A stretch of DNA of 64,000 bases from Candidatus Methanoperedenaceae archaeon (GCA_963753595.1 CAVWCX010000019.1:29492-93491), one strand, 5' to 3'; positions 46,185-57,228 are shown, counted from the stretch's first letter. Numbers and translations are program-made. The notes: generated by a model not told the origin, from the sequence alone.

Positions 46185-47339
46185 TACCCCAAGAGCTCTC
46201 ATGAACCTTTCCTTTATCTCATTAGCCGAAAAGGGGATTTCTTTACACTTCGCATTCACTGGTTTTACAATTAAATGAATGAATTGTATTTTGCGCCTCA
46301 GTGCTTCTCTTAATTCATCAATGGAATGTGCTTTTACTGTTTCAGTTATCCCGCTTGCTTTTGCCAGCAGCTCAAGGTCGATCAGGCTTTGCGTACATGT
46401 CTCCTGGTTCCCGGTTGAACCGTAAGCTGCATTATCAATTCCAATGATCGTGAGGTTAGCTGGTTCATAATCACCAATACTGATCAGCACATTCGGATTC
46501 ATAAGCAGGCTGCCATCACCGTCAATCACATAAACATGCTTTTTTTGAATGATCGAAAGACCTAAGCCTATCGATGAAACAAGACCCATAGAACCAAGCA
46601 TGTAAAAATTAAGTTCCCTGTCCCGTACCTCAAATAATTCCTTTGATGGGATACCCAGGTTGGAGACGATTATATCGTCATTTTCATTAATAGTTTCCAC
46701 AATGGTCTTGATAGCTTCGTATCTTGTTAAAACCGGTTTTTGTATTGTTCCACTGAACAACAGATCAATGTTCCTGCTGCATATCTCAGACGGTTCGGGA
46801 ATTTCGCATGTTGAACCCTCCCATACAGCAGGAGAAATCAAGATAACATGAGGATGAAAGTTACTGAAGGATTCTTTGATCGCTTCATCTAATCGCCCTA
46901 TTTCTTTTAACGATTCTATGATCGTACACTTAATTCCTGAGGCTGCCATTATCTCAGGTAACTTCCTTCCAAGTTGCCACTGCGCTTCTATAGATTCGTT
47001 ATAAACACCGCGCCAGCTTGCAATTATAGGAAGCGGGATGTTGTAGGTAAGATTGAGTGAAAGAAGCGCATTTATCATGTTCCCAATGCCTGTGCTCTGG
47101 ATAACCATAACCGGACGCCCCCCGCCAAGATAAACACCAGCGCATATCCCCACGCCATTCTCCTCACGGGTGAGTGGGATGGTCTTTATGTTCATTTCGA
47201 TAAGAGGAAGTAACGCCTTTATCCTATCACAGGGAAGTGTCGCTGCAATATCGATCCTGTTTTGTTTAAGTATATCGATGATTTTGTGTTCCGGAGTATC
47301 TTCATTCATTTGCTTTCTGCGGTTTTTTACTTCAATCAA
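46170..47339 (-). CDS. comDE: Fused sulfopyruvate decarboxylase ComDE (CoM biosynthesis)
   Basis: REENGVGICAG, QSTGIGN; NFYMLGSMG, GDGSLLMN ThDP motif; start may be at 47309. Confidence 0.92.
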   Translation of the reverse strand: MIEVKNRRKQMNEDTPEHKIIDILKQNRIDIAATLPCDRIKALLPLIEMNIKTIPLTREENGVGICAGVYLGGGRPVMVIQSTGIGNMINALLSLNLTYNIPLPIIASWRGVYNESIEAQWQLGRKLPEIMAASGIKCTIIESLKEIGRLDEAIKESFSNFHPHVILISPAVWEGSTCEIPEPSEICSRNIDLLFSGTIQKPVLTRYEAIKTIVETINENDDIIVSNLGIPSKELFEVRDRELNFYMLGSMGLVSSIGLGLSIIQKKHVYVIDGDGSLLMNPNVLISIGDYEPANLTIIGIDNAAYGSTGNQETCTQSLIDLELLAKASGITETVKAHSIDELREALRRKIQFIHLIVKPVNAKCKEIPFSANEIKERFMRALGVSSIF

Positions 47340-47342
47340 ATA

Positions 47343-48653
47343 TTAGATTATATCTTCCAGGGGAACATTCGCATTCTCGGCATGTGCAGTTGGTTCTATC
47401 CTGCGCAGGTCATAATCCTGCTCAACGCGTTTTACTCCACCGCCAGTGATATTTAATACGATATATTCATCTTTTTTCACTTTTCCGGCCTCCACCGCTT
47501 CGACCAATGAGGCGACAGCAACTCCTGCCGGCGGGAAGATATCAATACCTTCAAGCTCTTCAAATAAAGTTACACCTTTCTTCGCGTCGTTGTTGGAAAT
47601 CGCATACATGCTTCCATTCGTTGCACACAACGCATCATAGACCCCCCCTGGTACTGAATACGGGGGTTCCCTGTTGGAAAGGATATCGGCATACATCTCA
47701 TGAATTTGTTTTTTTGGCTCAGGCATATCAATATCTTTGATGATATCGCGCCTTGCGGCTTCCCATGCATTGTACATTGGTACAAAAGGCAGGTTCTGTG
47801 AAAGGTGAAGTTCCGGAAGCGCCTTGCCAAATCGTCCATCCTCAAGCAACCGCAGTGATGCTTCCCATGCTGCTATTCCTCCTGTTCCGCTTCCTATTGC
47901 CTGGAAATAATGATCCGGTATCCTTTTCATAAAAACCGATGCATCAAGCATCACCGTTCCCATACCATCCCTACGTGCAACGTTCCTTGCTCCGCCTTCA
48001 GCCTGCATGCCGGGCGCTGCAGAAAGCCTTTCAGCAAGATGAATAGAATCGGTATAGTCGCAGTTATTACCCATTTGTATATAATGAATTGAATCTGTTG
48101 GCTCTTCAGGCAGCCACATCCTTGATATTCCACTTCCAGGCACAACAATGTAAACATTCACCCCGGTCATCGCAGACACATGGGCAAATGCCCGCGCCGT
48201 ATTCCCGGCGGAAGCAAGAACAAGGGATTTACCCGAGTTCTTGAATTTCGAAAGCGTTGGAAAAGCCTCCAGCTCCTTGAAACTGCATGTTTTTATATTT
48301 GCTCCCCTTTCTGGCCAGTAGCCATTAAAACCGATAAAAAGGTTCTTAAGTCCCAGATATTGCCCAAGTTCAGTGCTCCTGTATGTGACCGGGCCTGAAT
48401 CGGTTGTAATAAGCTCATCAACCGGCAGCCAGTCATGGAATTTCCCTATTCCGGGAACATCTTTTAATTCAAGTTTTTTGTTCCTGTAATTTGCGCGCAA
48501 AAGTCCATTGTCAGAATCGCATTTCAGGCGGTCGTTAAAATAAGCAGTATTGCAGCCTGTGCATACAAGATCGTATTTCTGGTGATCAGGTATCGAAATA
48601 GCAGGAGGATGATCGGAAATGCGCCCACAGCATGCGGATTCACTTATTGTCAT
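47343..48653 (-). CDS. Cysteate synthase (PLP, threonine-synthase-like)
   Basis: TCSFKELEA, ASAGNT, EGGARNVARRDG, QAIGSGTG; adjacent to comDE. Confidence 0.92.
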   Translation of the reverse strand: MTISESACCGRISDHPPAISIPDHQKYDLVCTGCNTAYFNDRLKCDSDNGLLRANYRNKKLELKDVPGIGKFHDWLPVDELITTDSGPVTYRSTELGQYLGLKNLFIGFNGYWPERGANIKTCSFKELEAFPTLSKFKNSGKSLVLASAGNTARAFAHVSAMTGVNVYIVVPGSGISRMWLPEEPTDSIHYIQMGNNCDYTDSIHLAERLSAAPGMQAEGGARNVARRDGMGTVMLDASVFMKRIPDHYFQAIGSGTGGIAAWEASLRLLEDGRFGKALPELHLSQNLPFVPMYNAWEAARRDIIKDIDMPEPKKQIHEMYADILSNREPPYSVPGGVYDALCATNGSMYAISNNDAKKGVTLFEELEGIDIFPPAGVAVASLVEAVEAGKVKKDEYIVLNITGGGVKRVEQDYDLRRIEPTAHAENANVPLEDII

Positions 48654-48860
48654 AATTAATAGTTCCAGTAAATTAGTATATAGGCTTATCCATTAGAGGT
48701 AAGAAATTGTCCGCATGAGGACATTATTTTTTGTAAAAAATACGATCGTCCAAAAAATTAGATACTTATGCCAATTATGCCGTCTACAATGCCTGAACCA
48801 CTTAATTTGTAAAATGCGACCGCGATAACTTTCGGGGATGAATAGCTGGATATTAGCTCT

Positions 48861-50207
48861 CTATCTTGATTTATATTTATTGCATTGGCGCAGGAACTCA
48901 TCGAATGAATTCGAAGCAGGATGCGTATGCATGTAACTTGCCATTGTATTATGCTCCATTAAACCATCACTTCTTTCAAAAATCCCTTTTCCCCGTCTTA
49001 ATTTATATACAAAACGCGCATCTGTGTCGCATTCCGTTACTGAATAATGGAACTCATGTCCCCTTATTAATTTGCCTTTTTTCGCGATCGGAGAATCCAT
49101 AACAGCTTCAGCTTCGGTATAACCTAACGCCTGGAGCTTTCCGGTCATTCTTCCGCTTGCTCCAAGGACTCCTGCCATTTTATAAGTCTTATCGGTTTTG
49201 AGGCTGTTACAAAGATACAAAAGCGCGCCGCATTCGCCATATATGGGCATTCCATCTTCTGCTACTTTTTTTATCTCATGCCTGGTGTTTGAGGCTTCAA
49301 GTTCTTTCGCATAAAGTTCCGGATATCCTCCTCCGAGATATATTCCATCGACTTCTGGCAATGCATCACTCATCGGACTGAAAAAGACAAGCTCTGCTCC
49401 TGACCTTTTCAGGGCATCAAAAGTATCCTGGTAATAGAAACAGAATGCGCTGTCATTGGCAATGCCTATTTTCACATTGAATTGCTCTTCATGTACCTCA
49501 AAATCGAGATCAAACGGGTTAAAATTCTCTGCAATTTTCTTCACCGAATCCATATCGATATGCTGTTCAATAAAATTGGCAAGTTCTGTATTTTTCGGAT
49601 CATTTTCACCGGCCATATGAAGACCAAGATGCCGTGATGGAATTGACAATTCTTTGTTTCTCGAAAGTGCGCCGACAACAGGTATTTTTATTCCTGCGCT
49701 ATGCAACGAATCCCTGATGATTTTAATGTGCCTGTCGCTTCCAGTATTATTGAGTGTTATACCCTGGATGTTGACACCACTGTCAAATTCAGAAAAACCT
49801 TTAACAATAGCTGCTATACTTCGCGATACCCCATGTGCATTCATAACAAGCAGAACAGGGATGTTCAGGATCTTTGCGATATGGGCTGAACTTGCGACCT
49901 CGGTTGAATCAAGACCGTCAAATAAGCCCATGACACCTTCAATTATGCAATAATCAGCGCCATCCGATGCTCGTGCGAATGTTTCCAGCACTCCTTTTTC
50001 ACCCATAATGAAGCTGTCAAGATTCCTGGATGGCCGGCCGCAAATCTGAGTATGGTGACCCGGGTCGATAAAATCAGGACCAACCTTGAAAGGCTGGACT
50101 TTATATTTCCTGCTTAGGGCGGCCATAAGACCAGTAGCAACCGTGGTTTTCCCCACACCGCTAGCAGTCCCTGCGATCAAAAGCGCCCTGGTTTTAGTAA
50201 TGGGCAT
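48861..50207 (-). CDS. Cobyrinate or Ni-sirohydrochlorin a,c-diamide synthase (CbiA/CfbB)
   Basis: SGVGKTT, FKVGPDFIDP, EGVMGLFDG, GGYPE, ECG, GHEFHYS; paralog not resolvable by eye. Confidence 0.9.
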   Translation of the reverse strand: MPITKTRALLIAGTASGVGKTTVATGLMAALSRKYKVQPFKVGPDFIDPGHHTQICGRPSRNLDSFIMGEKGVLETFARASDGADYCIIEGVMGLFDGLDSTEVASSAHIAKILNIPVLLVMNAHGVSRSIAAIVKGFSEFDSGVNIQGITLNNTGSDRHIKIIRDSLHSAGIKIPVVGALSRNKELSIPSRHLGLHMAGENDPKNTELANFIEQHIDMDSVKKIAENFNPFDLDFEVHEEQFNVKIGIANDSAFCFYYQDTFDALKRSGAELVFFSPMSDALPEVDGIYLGGGYPELYAKELEASNTRHEIKKVAEDGMPIYGECGALLYLCNSLKTDKTYKMAGVLGASGRMTGKLQALGYTEAEAVMDSPIAKKGKLIRGHEFHYSVTECDTDARFVYKLRRGKGIFERSDGLMEHNTMASYMHTHPASNSFDEFLRQCNKYKSR

Positions 50208-50368
50208 GATTTTCTAAGGATATGAGCTAAAAGAATATAAAGTTCATTGGATATTCCACAGCATATAAATATCCGGCAAAACAATATTAATTAACAAAGG
50301 AGTTCTCATGTTTGGCGCCAATGAAGCTGTAAAGATTGTATCTAAAGATCTTGGAATTAATGAAGATG

Positions 50369-51915
50369 CATTGGTCATCGGTTAAGGAATTCTGCTCAAT
50401 GAATTATCTCAAAAAAGATTGCAGAATTACTCGTTTTTAGTCAATAGCTTTGGGTTTCCAGTTGAAATAATCGTTATATAGCGAAGCATTTATCGTCTTA
50501 GCATGCATATATTACTTAAAAATTCTAATTTTACTGTATTAAAATTAGAAAGAGGATCAGTAGCATGAAAAAGCCCAAAGAACCAAACACAAAAATCCCA
50601 TCTTATGACCCCGATATAATTGAAAAAGACCTCTACACACTATTCCCTCCAGAATGGCTGAAACAAGCAGCAAAAGAAACCGGCCTCATAGAAAGAGAGA
50701 GAAAAGTGACAGCCGTAGAAATGTTTTGGGTTCTTGTCAATAGTTATGGTGTTCGCCTTGCAAGAAATCTAGCCTTTGTCAAACGGAATTATGAAAAGTT
50801 TTCCAATAAAAAACTGAGCGACAGCAGCTGGTATGAAAGATTCACACCTGAACTTGTTGCATTCCTGAGGCTATGTGTAACTCATGGAATTGAACAGCTT
50901 GCTAAGGAACAAACCAAAGTTCTCAATGAAAAAATAGCTAAATTCCAGGATGTAATGATACAGGACAGCACAATTATCAGATTGCATAAGTCTCTTGCTA
51001 AAAAATTCCCGGCAGCACGTTCCAGAACGGTAGCAGCTGGCGTTAAAGTGAGTTTGTTGGTAAGTGCCGTGGCAAACAGCCCAAAAAGCATCACTATTCA
51101 TCCTGAAAGTACAAATGAATTGAAGACTCTGCGAATAGGTCCATGGATAAAAGATAGAATTCTTCTTATCGATCTTGGTTTCTACAAACATCTACTCTTT
51201 GCTAAAATCAAGGAGAATGGCGGTTACTTCGTGTCCAGATTGAAAGGAAGTGCGGATCCTCTTATTGTTGATGTGCATAATACGTGTCGGGGGAATAGTA
51301 TTGATGTGAAAGGGAAATATATCAGTGAAATTCTCCCCAAGTTAAAAAGACAAGTACTCGATGTTGAAGTTGAGGTCTCATTCAAGAAACCGAATTATAA
51401 TGGGAAAAGTAAGACAAGAATGGATACTGAACAGTTCCGATTGGTAGCGGTTTTTAATGAAGATGAAGAAAAGTATCATGTCTATCTTACTAATATTGCA
51501 AAAGATGTTTTGGAGGCTGAGGATGTTGCGAAACTCTATGGAGCAAGATGGGATATTGAACTGATCTTTAAAGAACTGAAAAGCAGATACGCTCTTGATG
51601 TTGTGAATACAAAGAACACACAAATTATCGAAGCCTTTATCTGGATATCGATTCTTACCCTTTTAGTAAGCAGGAGAATATATTCGTTAGTTCGGAAGTA
51701 TAATCCAAAAGATATTGGTTCTCGTTTTACACAATTGCGATGGAGTACGATTTTTGCCGAAAATGCTGATAAACAGCTTACTCTGATACTTCGGTATTAT
51801 GGGATTGAAAGAACTATTCTGACTGTTATGAATGTCTATTCAAGTCAGGCACTTGATCCCCATGTCAGTAGACATCGGTTCAGGGATGACTGGTGGGCTT
51901 AACCGATGACCAATG
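50369..51915 (+). mobile_element. IS4-family (ISH8-type) insertion sequence, 1547 bp
   Basis: Perfect 18-bp IR CATTGGTCATCGGTTAAG; 10-bp TSD AATGAAGATG (50359-50368, 51916-51925). Confidence 0.95.
50565..51902 (+). CDS. IS4-family DDE transposase
   Basis: IQDST, LIDLGF, YGARWDIELIFKELK (YREK signature). Confidence 0.95.
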   Translation: MKKPKEPNTKIPSYDPDIIEKDLYTLFPPEWLKQAAKETGLIERERKVTAVEMFWVLVNSYGVRLARNLAFVKRNYEKFSNKKLSDSSWYERFTPELVAFLRLCVTHGIEQLAKEQTKVLNEKIAKFQDVMIQDSTIIRLHKSLAKKFPAARSRTVAAGVKVSLLVSAVANSPKSITIHPESTNELKTLRIGPWIKDRILLIDLGFYKHLLFAKIKENGGYFVSRLKGSADPLIVDVHNTCRGNSIDVKGKYISEILPKLKRQVLDVEVEVSFKKPNYNGKSKTRMDTEQFRLVAVFNEDEEKYHVYLTNIAKDVLEAEDVAKLYGARWDIELIFKELKSRYALDVVNTKNTQIIEAFIWISILTLLVSRRIYSLVRKYNPKDIGSRFTQLRWSTIFAENADKQLTLILRYYGIERTILTVMNVYSSQALDPHVSRHRFRDDWWA

Positions 51916-52144
51916 AATGAAGATGCACTTATACAGGAAGGTATTGTTGAGTATATAAAGAAAAGGATTAAAGCATGTATGAGGGACAGGCTGGAGATAC
52001 TTTCCAGATATAATATTTCTTCAATAGGTGAATTTGAAACTAAAGTTCATGAAGGAATTATTCCGGAACATCCTGGCTGGGAAGATCTTATAACTCTTGA
52101 AAATCTTGAAAATTCTATCGCAAAACTGAAACGAGAACTTACGA

Positions 52145-52267
52145 ATGTTAAAAACATATCTCTTTCTTGAATCGATTGCTAGAGAATATATAGAAATTGT
52201 TCTGGAAACAAGGATACTTCAACTACCCTCAGGTGAGCCTTCAAAATTGAGGATTGAATTAAAATGA
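52145..52267 (+). pseudogene. Truncated partner (toxin-like, possibly DUF6516-type) fragment
   Basis: MLKTYLFLESIAREY...GEPSKLRIELK* overlaps the upstream ORF end and stops at the hemD 3' end. Confidence 0.4.
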
Positions 52268-52939
52268 AGAAAGACAATCTTCAAGCGTCCCGTTTCCCAC
52301 AAAATCCGGATGGATCCCGCTTTTCCTCATTGCATCAGCAGTTTTTGGCCCGATAGCTATTGACTTGATTTTTTTTGCATCTTCCTTCCTGAATCCTGAA
52401 AGCTCAAAGGATTTAGAACTCGTAAAGATCACCGCATCAATATCATTTATTACTTCGAGAATGCTGCTTCCGGATGGCTCTAACCGATAAGCTGATGCTT
52501 CTATAACCAATGCGCCTTTTGATCCTAAGGATCCGGTCAATTCAGGATTAGGAACTTGCGCACGTGCGACGCCTATAGTCTTTCCTGAAATATCACCAAG
52601 ATAATCCGCAAAATTCTCGGATGAGAATTTTTCAATGACTTCACTTTTCAACCCATATTCTTCCACTTTCTTTGCGGTTTTTGGCCCCACGCTCACGATC
52701 CTTATTTTTTTTCCTGGCTTTACCTTATCAAGAAGTTTTTCAGCTCCAAGTGAACTTGTGAAAATAAGAATATCTATCTTTTGTTTTAAGATCATTTGGC
52801 ATAACCTTAACAGCGGCTCCGGGTCAGATGGGTCAGCAGAACGCATCGTGGATACTATTACTGCTTCATGGCCATAGCGCCTGAAAAGTTCATGAACGCC
52901 TTCGGATTTTTCTTCAAGTTTTGTTACTGCGATTTTCAC
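52259..52939 (-). CDS. hemD: Uroporphyrinogen-III synthase
   Basis: IFTSSLG, SVGPKTA, IFTSSKS, AIGPKTA duplicated motifs. Confidence 0.88.
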   Translation of the reverse strand: MKIAVTKLEEKSEGVHELFRRYGHEAVIVSTMRSADPSDPEPLLRLCQMILKQKIDILIFTSSLGAEKLLDKVKPGKKIRIVSVGPKTAKKVEEYGLKSEVIEKFSSENFADYLGDISGKTIGVARAQVPNPELTGSLGSKGALVIEASAYRLEPSGSSILEVINDIDAVIFTSSKSFELSGFRKEDAKKIKSIAIGPKTADAMRKSGIHPDFVGNGTLEDCLSSF

Positions 52940-53002
52940 AAAGCTAAAATCACACTTGTAAACATAACCCTTTTGTTTATGAGATGCTTTCAGGAGAAAT
53001 CC

Positions 53003-54301
53003 ATGGACATATCCCTGACAATACTAATCATCTCAATAATGTTTGGCTTCCTGCTTGGCATCATTTCAGGTCTTACTCCGGGCATCCATGTAAATAATTT
53101 CGCCCTCATACTTGTTGCGGTCTCACCATATCTTTCAAGCATGGGTTTTGCGCCGTTCTATATCGCTGTAATAATTCTTTCAAATTCGATAGCGCACACA
53201 TTCCTTGACATCATTCCCTCAATTTTCCTTGGGGCTCCGGAAGCGGATACTGCCCTCGCGGTCCTTCCGGGTCATGTGCTTCTGATGGAAGGAAGAGGCG
53301 CTGAGGCAATACGCCTTTCTGCTATCGGAAGCGCCGGGGCGGTCATTGTATCTTTGATAATGGCGATCCCTATGGCTTATTTCTTTTTGAAAATATATGG
53401 AATGATTAATATTTACATCGGATGGATCCTGATTTTGATCGTCATTTTGATGATAGCCACTGAAAACGGGGAATATGTGGAGGGGCAGGGATCGCTTGTG
53501 CATCTTAAATTCAAGTTTTATGCAATTCTCCTCTTTTTTATTTCCGGGTTCCTTGGTATATTTGCATTTGACAACACAGTATTAATGCAGCCCCTCCTTA
53601 AATTTGGCGAGCCCTCTATTCTATTGCCCCTTCTTTCGGGATTGTTCGGCGCTTCCATGCTCGTAATCAGTCTTATGACAAAATCCGAATTGCCGCCGCA
53701 GAAAAAGAACTGTATGTTCGTGCTTCCAAAAAAGAGAATTATCAGGGGAATGGTGACAGGCACCGCGGCAGGTTCTTTCGTGGCATGGCTTCCCGGTGTA
53801 TCTTCAGCGGTCGGCACGCTTCTAGCCAGGCTCTTTGTCCGTGAAGAAAAAGATAGCATGTCATCCAAGGAATTCATGGTTTCAATAAGCAGTGCTAATA
53901 CAGCCAATGCGATATTTAGCCTGATCGCCCTATTCATTATTGGAAAAGCAAGAAGCGGCGCAATGGTAGCTATCGACCAGCTGGTGAAGGTCAGCGAATG
54001 GGATTATTCGATCATTATTCTCCTGTTGATCGTCATAATCTTTGTTTCTGCAATTTCCTATTTTACTACGATCTATCTTGGTGACAGGATTTCGGGATTC
54101 CTTTCAAGAATAAATTATTCTAAATTGTGTGCGACTGTGCTGGCAGGACTATCAATTATGGTCTTTATGTTCACAGGCTGGTTCGGCTTTATCATATTTT
54201 TTATATCCACGCCTGTTGGAATGATAGCGTCTTATGCAAAGATCAGGAAAATAAACGCAATGGGAGTTATAATGCTTCCTGTGATATTGTATTTTTTGTG
54301 A
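53003..54301 (+). CDS. Archaeal TctA-family membrane protein
   Basis: GLTPGIHVN, FLDIIPSIFLGAP, LPGH, LPLLSGLFG. Confidence 0.85.
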   Translation: MDISLTILIISIMFGFLLGIISGLTPGIHVNNFALILVAVSPYLSSMGFAPFYIAVIILSNSIAHTFLDIIPSIFLGAPEADTALAVLPGHVLLMEGRGAEAIRLSAIGSAGAVIVSLIMAIPMAYFFLKIYGMINIYIGWILILIVILMIATENGEYVEGQGSLVHLKFKFYAILLFFISGFLGIFAFDNTVLMQPLLKFGEPSILLPLLSGLFGASMLVISLMTKSELPPQKKNCMFVLPKKRIIRGMVTGTAAGSFVAWLPGVSSAVGTLLARLFVREEKDSMSSKEFMVSISSANTANAIFSLIALFIIGKARSGAMVAIDQLVKVSEWDYSIIILLLIVIIFVSAISYFTTIYLGDRISGFLSRINYSKLCATVLAGLSIMVFMFTGWFGFIIFFISTPVGMIASYAKIRKINAMGVIMLPVILYFL

Positions 54302-54355
54302 AACAACCAAAAAGATTTATATCTATCCCTTACCTATAGTCCTATAGGTGAAAAA

Positions 54356-54556
54356 ATGGTAACCACCATTCAGATGCATGAAGATATCATAAAGGAATTG
54401 AACGCCTTGAAGAAGGAATTGAACCTTAAATCATATGAAGAGGTTATCAGGGCACTTATGCGATCAGAGAAGATGCTTAAAAAATCATATTTTGGGACGT
54501 TCACTGAGCTACATGAATTCAAAAGGGATGAGGAAGAGGATGACCGTCTTGGTTGA
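54356..54556 (+). CDS. vapB: VapB-type antitoxin
   Basis: MVTTIQM...LKSYEEVI; overlaps the PIN gene. Confidence 0.8.
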   Translation: MVTTIQMHEDIIKELNALKKELNLKSYEEVIRALMRSEKMLKKSYFGTFTELHEFKRDEEEDDRLG

Positions 54557-54932
54557 TTCCTGGGCATGGATTGAGTACTTTAAAGGAACTTGTGCTGGTG
54601 AGAAGGTCAAAGAATTATTAGAAAAGTCACAGGATAAGATAATTGTAAGTACGATAAATATTGCAGAAGTATACAATTCGTTTCTGAGGGATTATTCTCA
54701 TCCAGATAACGATCGCTATGCAGAGGCTTCAAGGAAGGCCATGGAACAAAGGTCATATGTTTGTGAAGTTGATGAAAAGATCGCTGTTGATTCTGCAAAG
54801 ATAAAGCATGAAAAGAAATGGGGTCTTGGTGATTCTATAATATATGCAACGGCAAAAAGAGAAGATGCAAAGGTACTGACTGGAGACCCGCATTTCAGGG
54901 GCTTAAATGATGTCATATTCCTGGAAAGATGA
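54540..54932 (+). CDS. vapC: VapC PIN-domain toxin
   Basis: VLVDSWAWIE, NIAEV, DSIIYATA, LTGDPHF. Confidence 0.92.
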   Translation: MTVLVDSWAWIEYFKGTCAGEKVKELLEKSQDKIIVSTINIAEVYNSFLRDYSHPDNDRYAEASRKAMEQRSYVCEVDEKIAVDSAKIKHEKKWGLGDSIIYATAKREDAKVLTGDPHFRGLNDVIFLER

Positions 54933-55002
54933 AAAGTCACAGTAAACCCGCATGAGGTCTGTATATGGCGCATGAAAATAATTTATAAATGAGGTATTCT
55001 GA

Positions 55003-55974
55003 ATGTGGAATTCAAATGAAGAACTTGATATCGAAAAAGCAGGGGATGATGCAAATAAGCTTGTGCTGCTTGGTTCTGCCCTGCAAGCAGGAATATTCCT
55101 GGCTCTTGATACGGAAAAGGATATCATCACACTTAAGGAAGAACTCAAAGCGGATGAAAGAGCGCTTTATATAATTCTTGAAGCGCTGTGTTCATTGGGA
55201 TATGTTGTTAAATCGCATGACAGGTATGTAATAGCAGATAAAGCCCGTCCACTTTTCCTTTTGCATGGTGAAGAATACGTCGGCGGTTATTTGCCGCACC
55301 TGATGAACATATTGGGATCATGGCTTGAGCTTCCTGATATCATAAAAGGGGAAAGGCCGGAAAGAGAACCCGTCCGCCGCGATATCCCTGTTTTCATGCA
55401 TGCAATGGCATCACGACCGGATAAGATAGCAGAGGAGGCAGTGAGCGATATCCTGAAAAAGAAAAAGGATGCAAAAAATGTGCTTGACCTTGGCGGTGGG
55501 CCTGGAAAATACTCAAAAGCTTTTATTAACAAGGGGTTAAAAGCAGTTCTTTTTGATACAGGTGAAGTAATAGATTATGTCAGTACCGCCTTCAACCTGA
55601 ATCGGATAAAGGATCTTACCCTTGTAAAAGGTGATTTCACACAAAACATTGAAACTGATATCCACGAAAAATTTGATGTTGTTTTCATGGGAAATATCTG
55701 CCATATTTATTCTGAAAACAATAACATGAAACTTATAAAGCAGGTTCATAATTTACTGAATAACCAAGGAATGATAGCAATTGAGGATTTCGTTCGCGGA
55801 CGAAGCCCGCACGCTGAGCTATTTGCTGTAAATATGCTTGCGAATTCAGAAGAAGGAAATACCTGGTCTGAGGCGGAATTTCGAGAATGGCTAAAGGATG
55901 GGGGATTCCATGGGGTCGAGGTTATTGACCTTGCAAAGAAGGGCAAACAGCTTATTCTGGGATTCAAAGGTTGA
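55003..55974 (+). CDS. SAM-dependent O-methyltransferase-type protein
   Basis: Dimerisation wHTH, VLDLGGGPG, GDF, GNICH. Confidence 0.85.
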   Translation: MWNSNEELDIEKAGDDANKLVLLGSALQAGIFLALDTEKDIITLKEELKADERALYIILEALCSLGYVVKSHDRYVIADKARPLFLLHGEEYVGGYLPHLMNILGSWLELPDIIKGERPEREPVRRDIPVFMHAMASRPDKIAEEAVSDILKKKKDAKNVLDLGGGPGKYSKAFINKGLKAVLFDTGEVIDYVSTAFNLNRIKDLTLVKGDFTQNIETDIHEKFDVVFMGNICHIYSENNNMKLIKQVHNLLNNQGMIAIEDFVRGRSPHAELFAVNMLANSEEGNTWSEAEFREWLKDGGFHGVEVIDLAKKGKQLILGFKG

Positions 55975-56037
55975 AAAATCACGAGATGTCAGACATATTA
56001 ATTAAAACAGTCGGAGAACCTGATTAAAGGTTTTGGA

Positions 56038-57228
56038 ATGCATGATTTTTTATATATGAATTCCATTATAGAATATTACATGGAAAAAACGGCAAAAAAC
56101 GAAATACTCTTCTCAAGGGACTTTGTCCTTACAAGCCTTTCAACGTTTACCCTGTTCGCAAGTTTCTATTTCCTCCTTATCACGCTTCCGATTTACATTC
56201 AGAAAATTGGCGGCACAGAATCTGAAATCGGGTTGATAATAGGTGTTTTTACCATCTCGGCGGTGGCACTTCGCCCGTTCATAGGACACGAGGTTGACAG
56301 ACGCGGCAGGAAAATCATCCTCATATTAGGAATCCTTGTGTTCCTGATATCCATGCTGCTTTATGATTATACAAAGAGCGTTACTTCTTTGCTTCTCCTC
56401 AGGGTGCTTCATGGGGTAGGCTGGGGAGCTGCAACCACAGCAGCAACCACACTGATAGCAGATATAGCGCCGCCTAACAGAAGGGGTGAGGCTATGGGCG
56501 TATTCGGGATGGCATCCAATGTTGCGATGGCAATAGGCCCTGCATTGAGTATGATACTCCTTCTAAAATATGATTTTTCCATTCTATTTTCAATAAGCGC
56601 AGGCATTGCACTGGTAGCTTTGCTTCTTGCACTTCCTATTTCCGAAACAGTGGTAGTGCGTCCGAAAACACCACTATTTAGCAAAGAAGCATTATTTCCC
56701 TCAGCCCTTATGTTCACAGTCTCATTAACGTATGGTTCAATTGTGTCATTTCTTTCCCTTTTTGCCCAGAAACAGGGAATAACAAACCCCGGAGTATTTT
56801 TTTCGGTATTTGCCGTGACCCTTATTCTTGTCAGGGCGCTTGCAGGCAAACTCTCAGATATAAAAGGCAGGAAATTTGTAATAATACCAGGGATGATCAT
56901 TATTGCTGCGGGTCTTGGGGTTTTATCGACAGCAAGTGCCCTTGAGACTTTTATTGCAGCAGCGCTTCTTTACGGTCTTGGTTTTGGGCTTGTGCATCCA
57001 TCGCTTATGGCACTTCTTGTTGACAAAGTAAGTGACAGGGGCCGCGGCGCTGCCATGGGAACGTTTACAGCAGCTTTTGATCTTGGAATAGGGTCCGGTT
57101 CTATCCTTCTGGGTTTAGTACTGCAATACTATGGTTTCCAGGTTATGTACACACTCGGCGGCCTGATAGTGTTAACGGGTGCGATTATTTTAATAGCCAA
57201 TAATGGAAAGGCTTCGAGGCAGATGTAA
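56038..57228 (+). CDS. MFS transporter
   Basis: 12 TM pattern; GHEVDRRGRK and GKLSDIKGRK. Confidence 0.92.
   Translation: MHDFLYMNSIIEYYMEKTAKNEILFSRDFVLTSLSTFTLFASFYFLLITLPIYIQKIGGTESEIGLIIGVFTISAVALRPFIGHEVDRRGRKIILILGILVFLISMLLYDYTKSVTSLLLLRVLHGVGWGAATTAATTLIADIAPPNRRGEAMGVFGMASNVAMAIGPALSMILLLKYDFSILFSISAGIALVALLLALPISETVVVRPKTPLFSKEALFPSALMFTVSLTYGSIVSFLSLFAQKQGITNPGVFFSVFAVTLILVRALAGKLSDIKGRKFVIIPGMIIIAAGLGVLSTASALETFIAAALLYGLGFGLVHPSLMALLVDKVSDRGRGAAMGTFTAAFDLGIGSGSILLGLVLQYYGFQVMYTLGGLIVLTGAIILIANNGKASRQM

Larger units (their letters stand above)
50308..52170 (+). pseudogene. Small antitoxin-like gene interrupted by an IS
   Basis: MFGANEAVKIVSKDLGI|NEDALIQEGI... joins in frame after removing the IS and one TSD. 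Confidence 0.8.
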
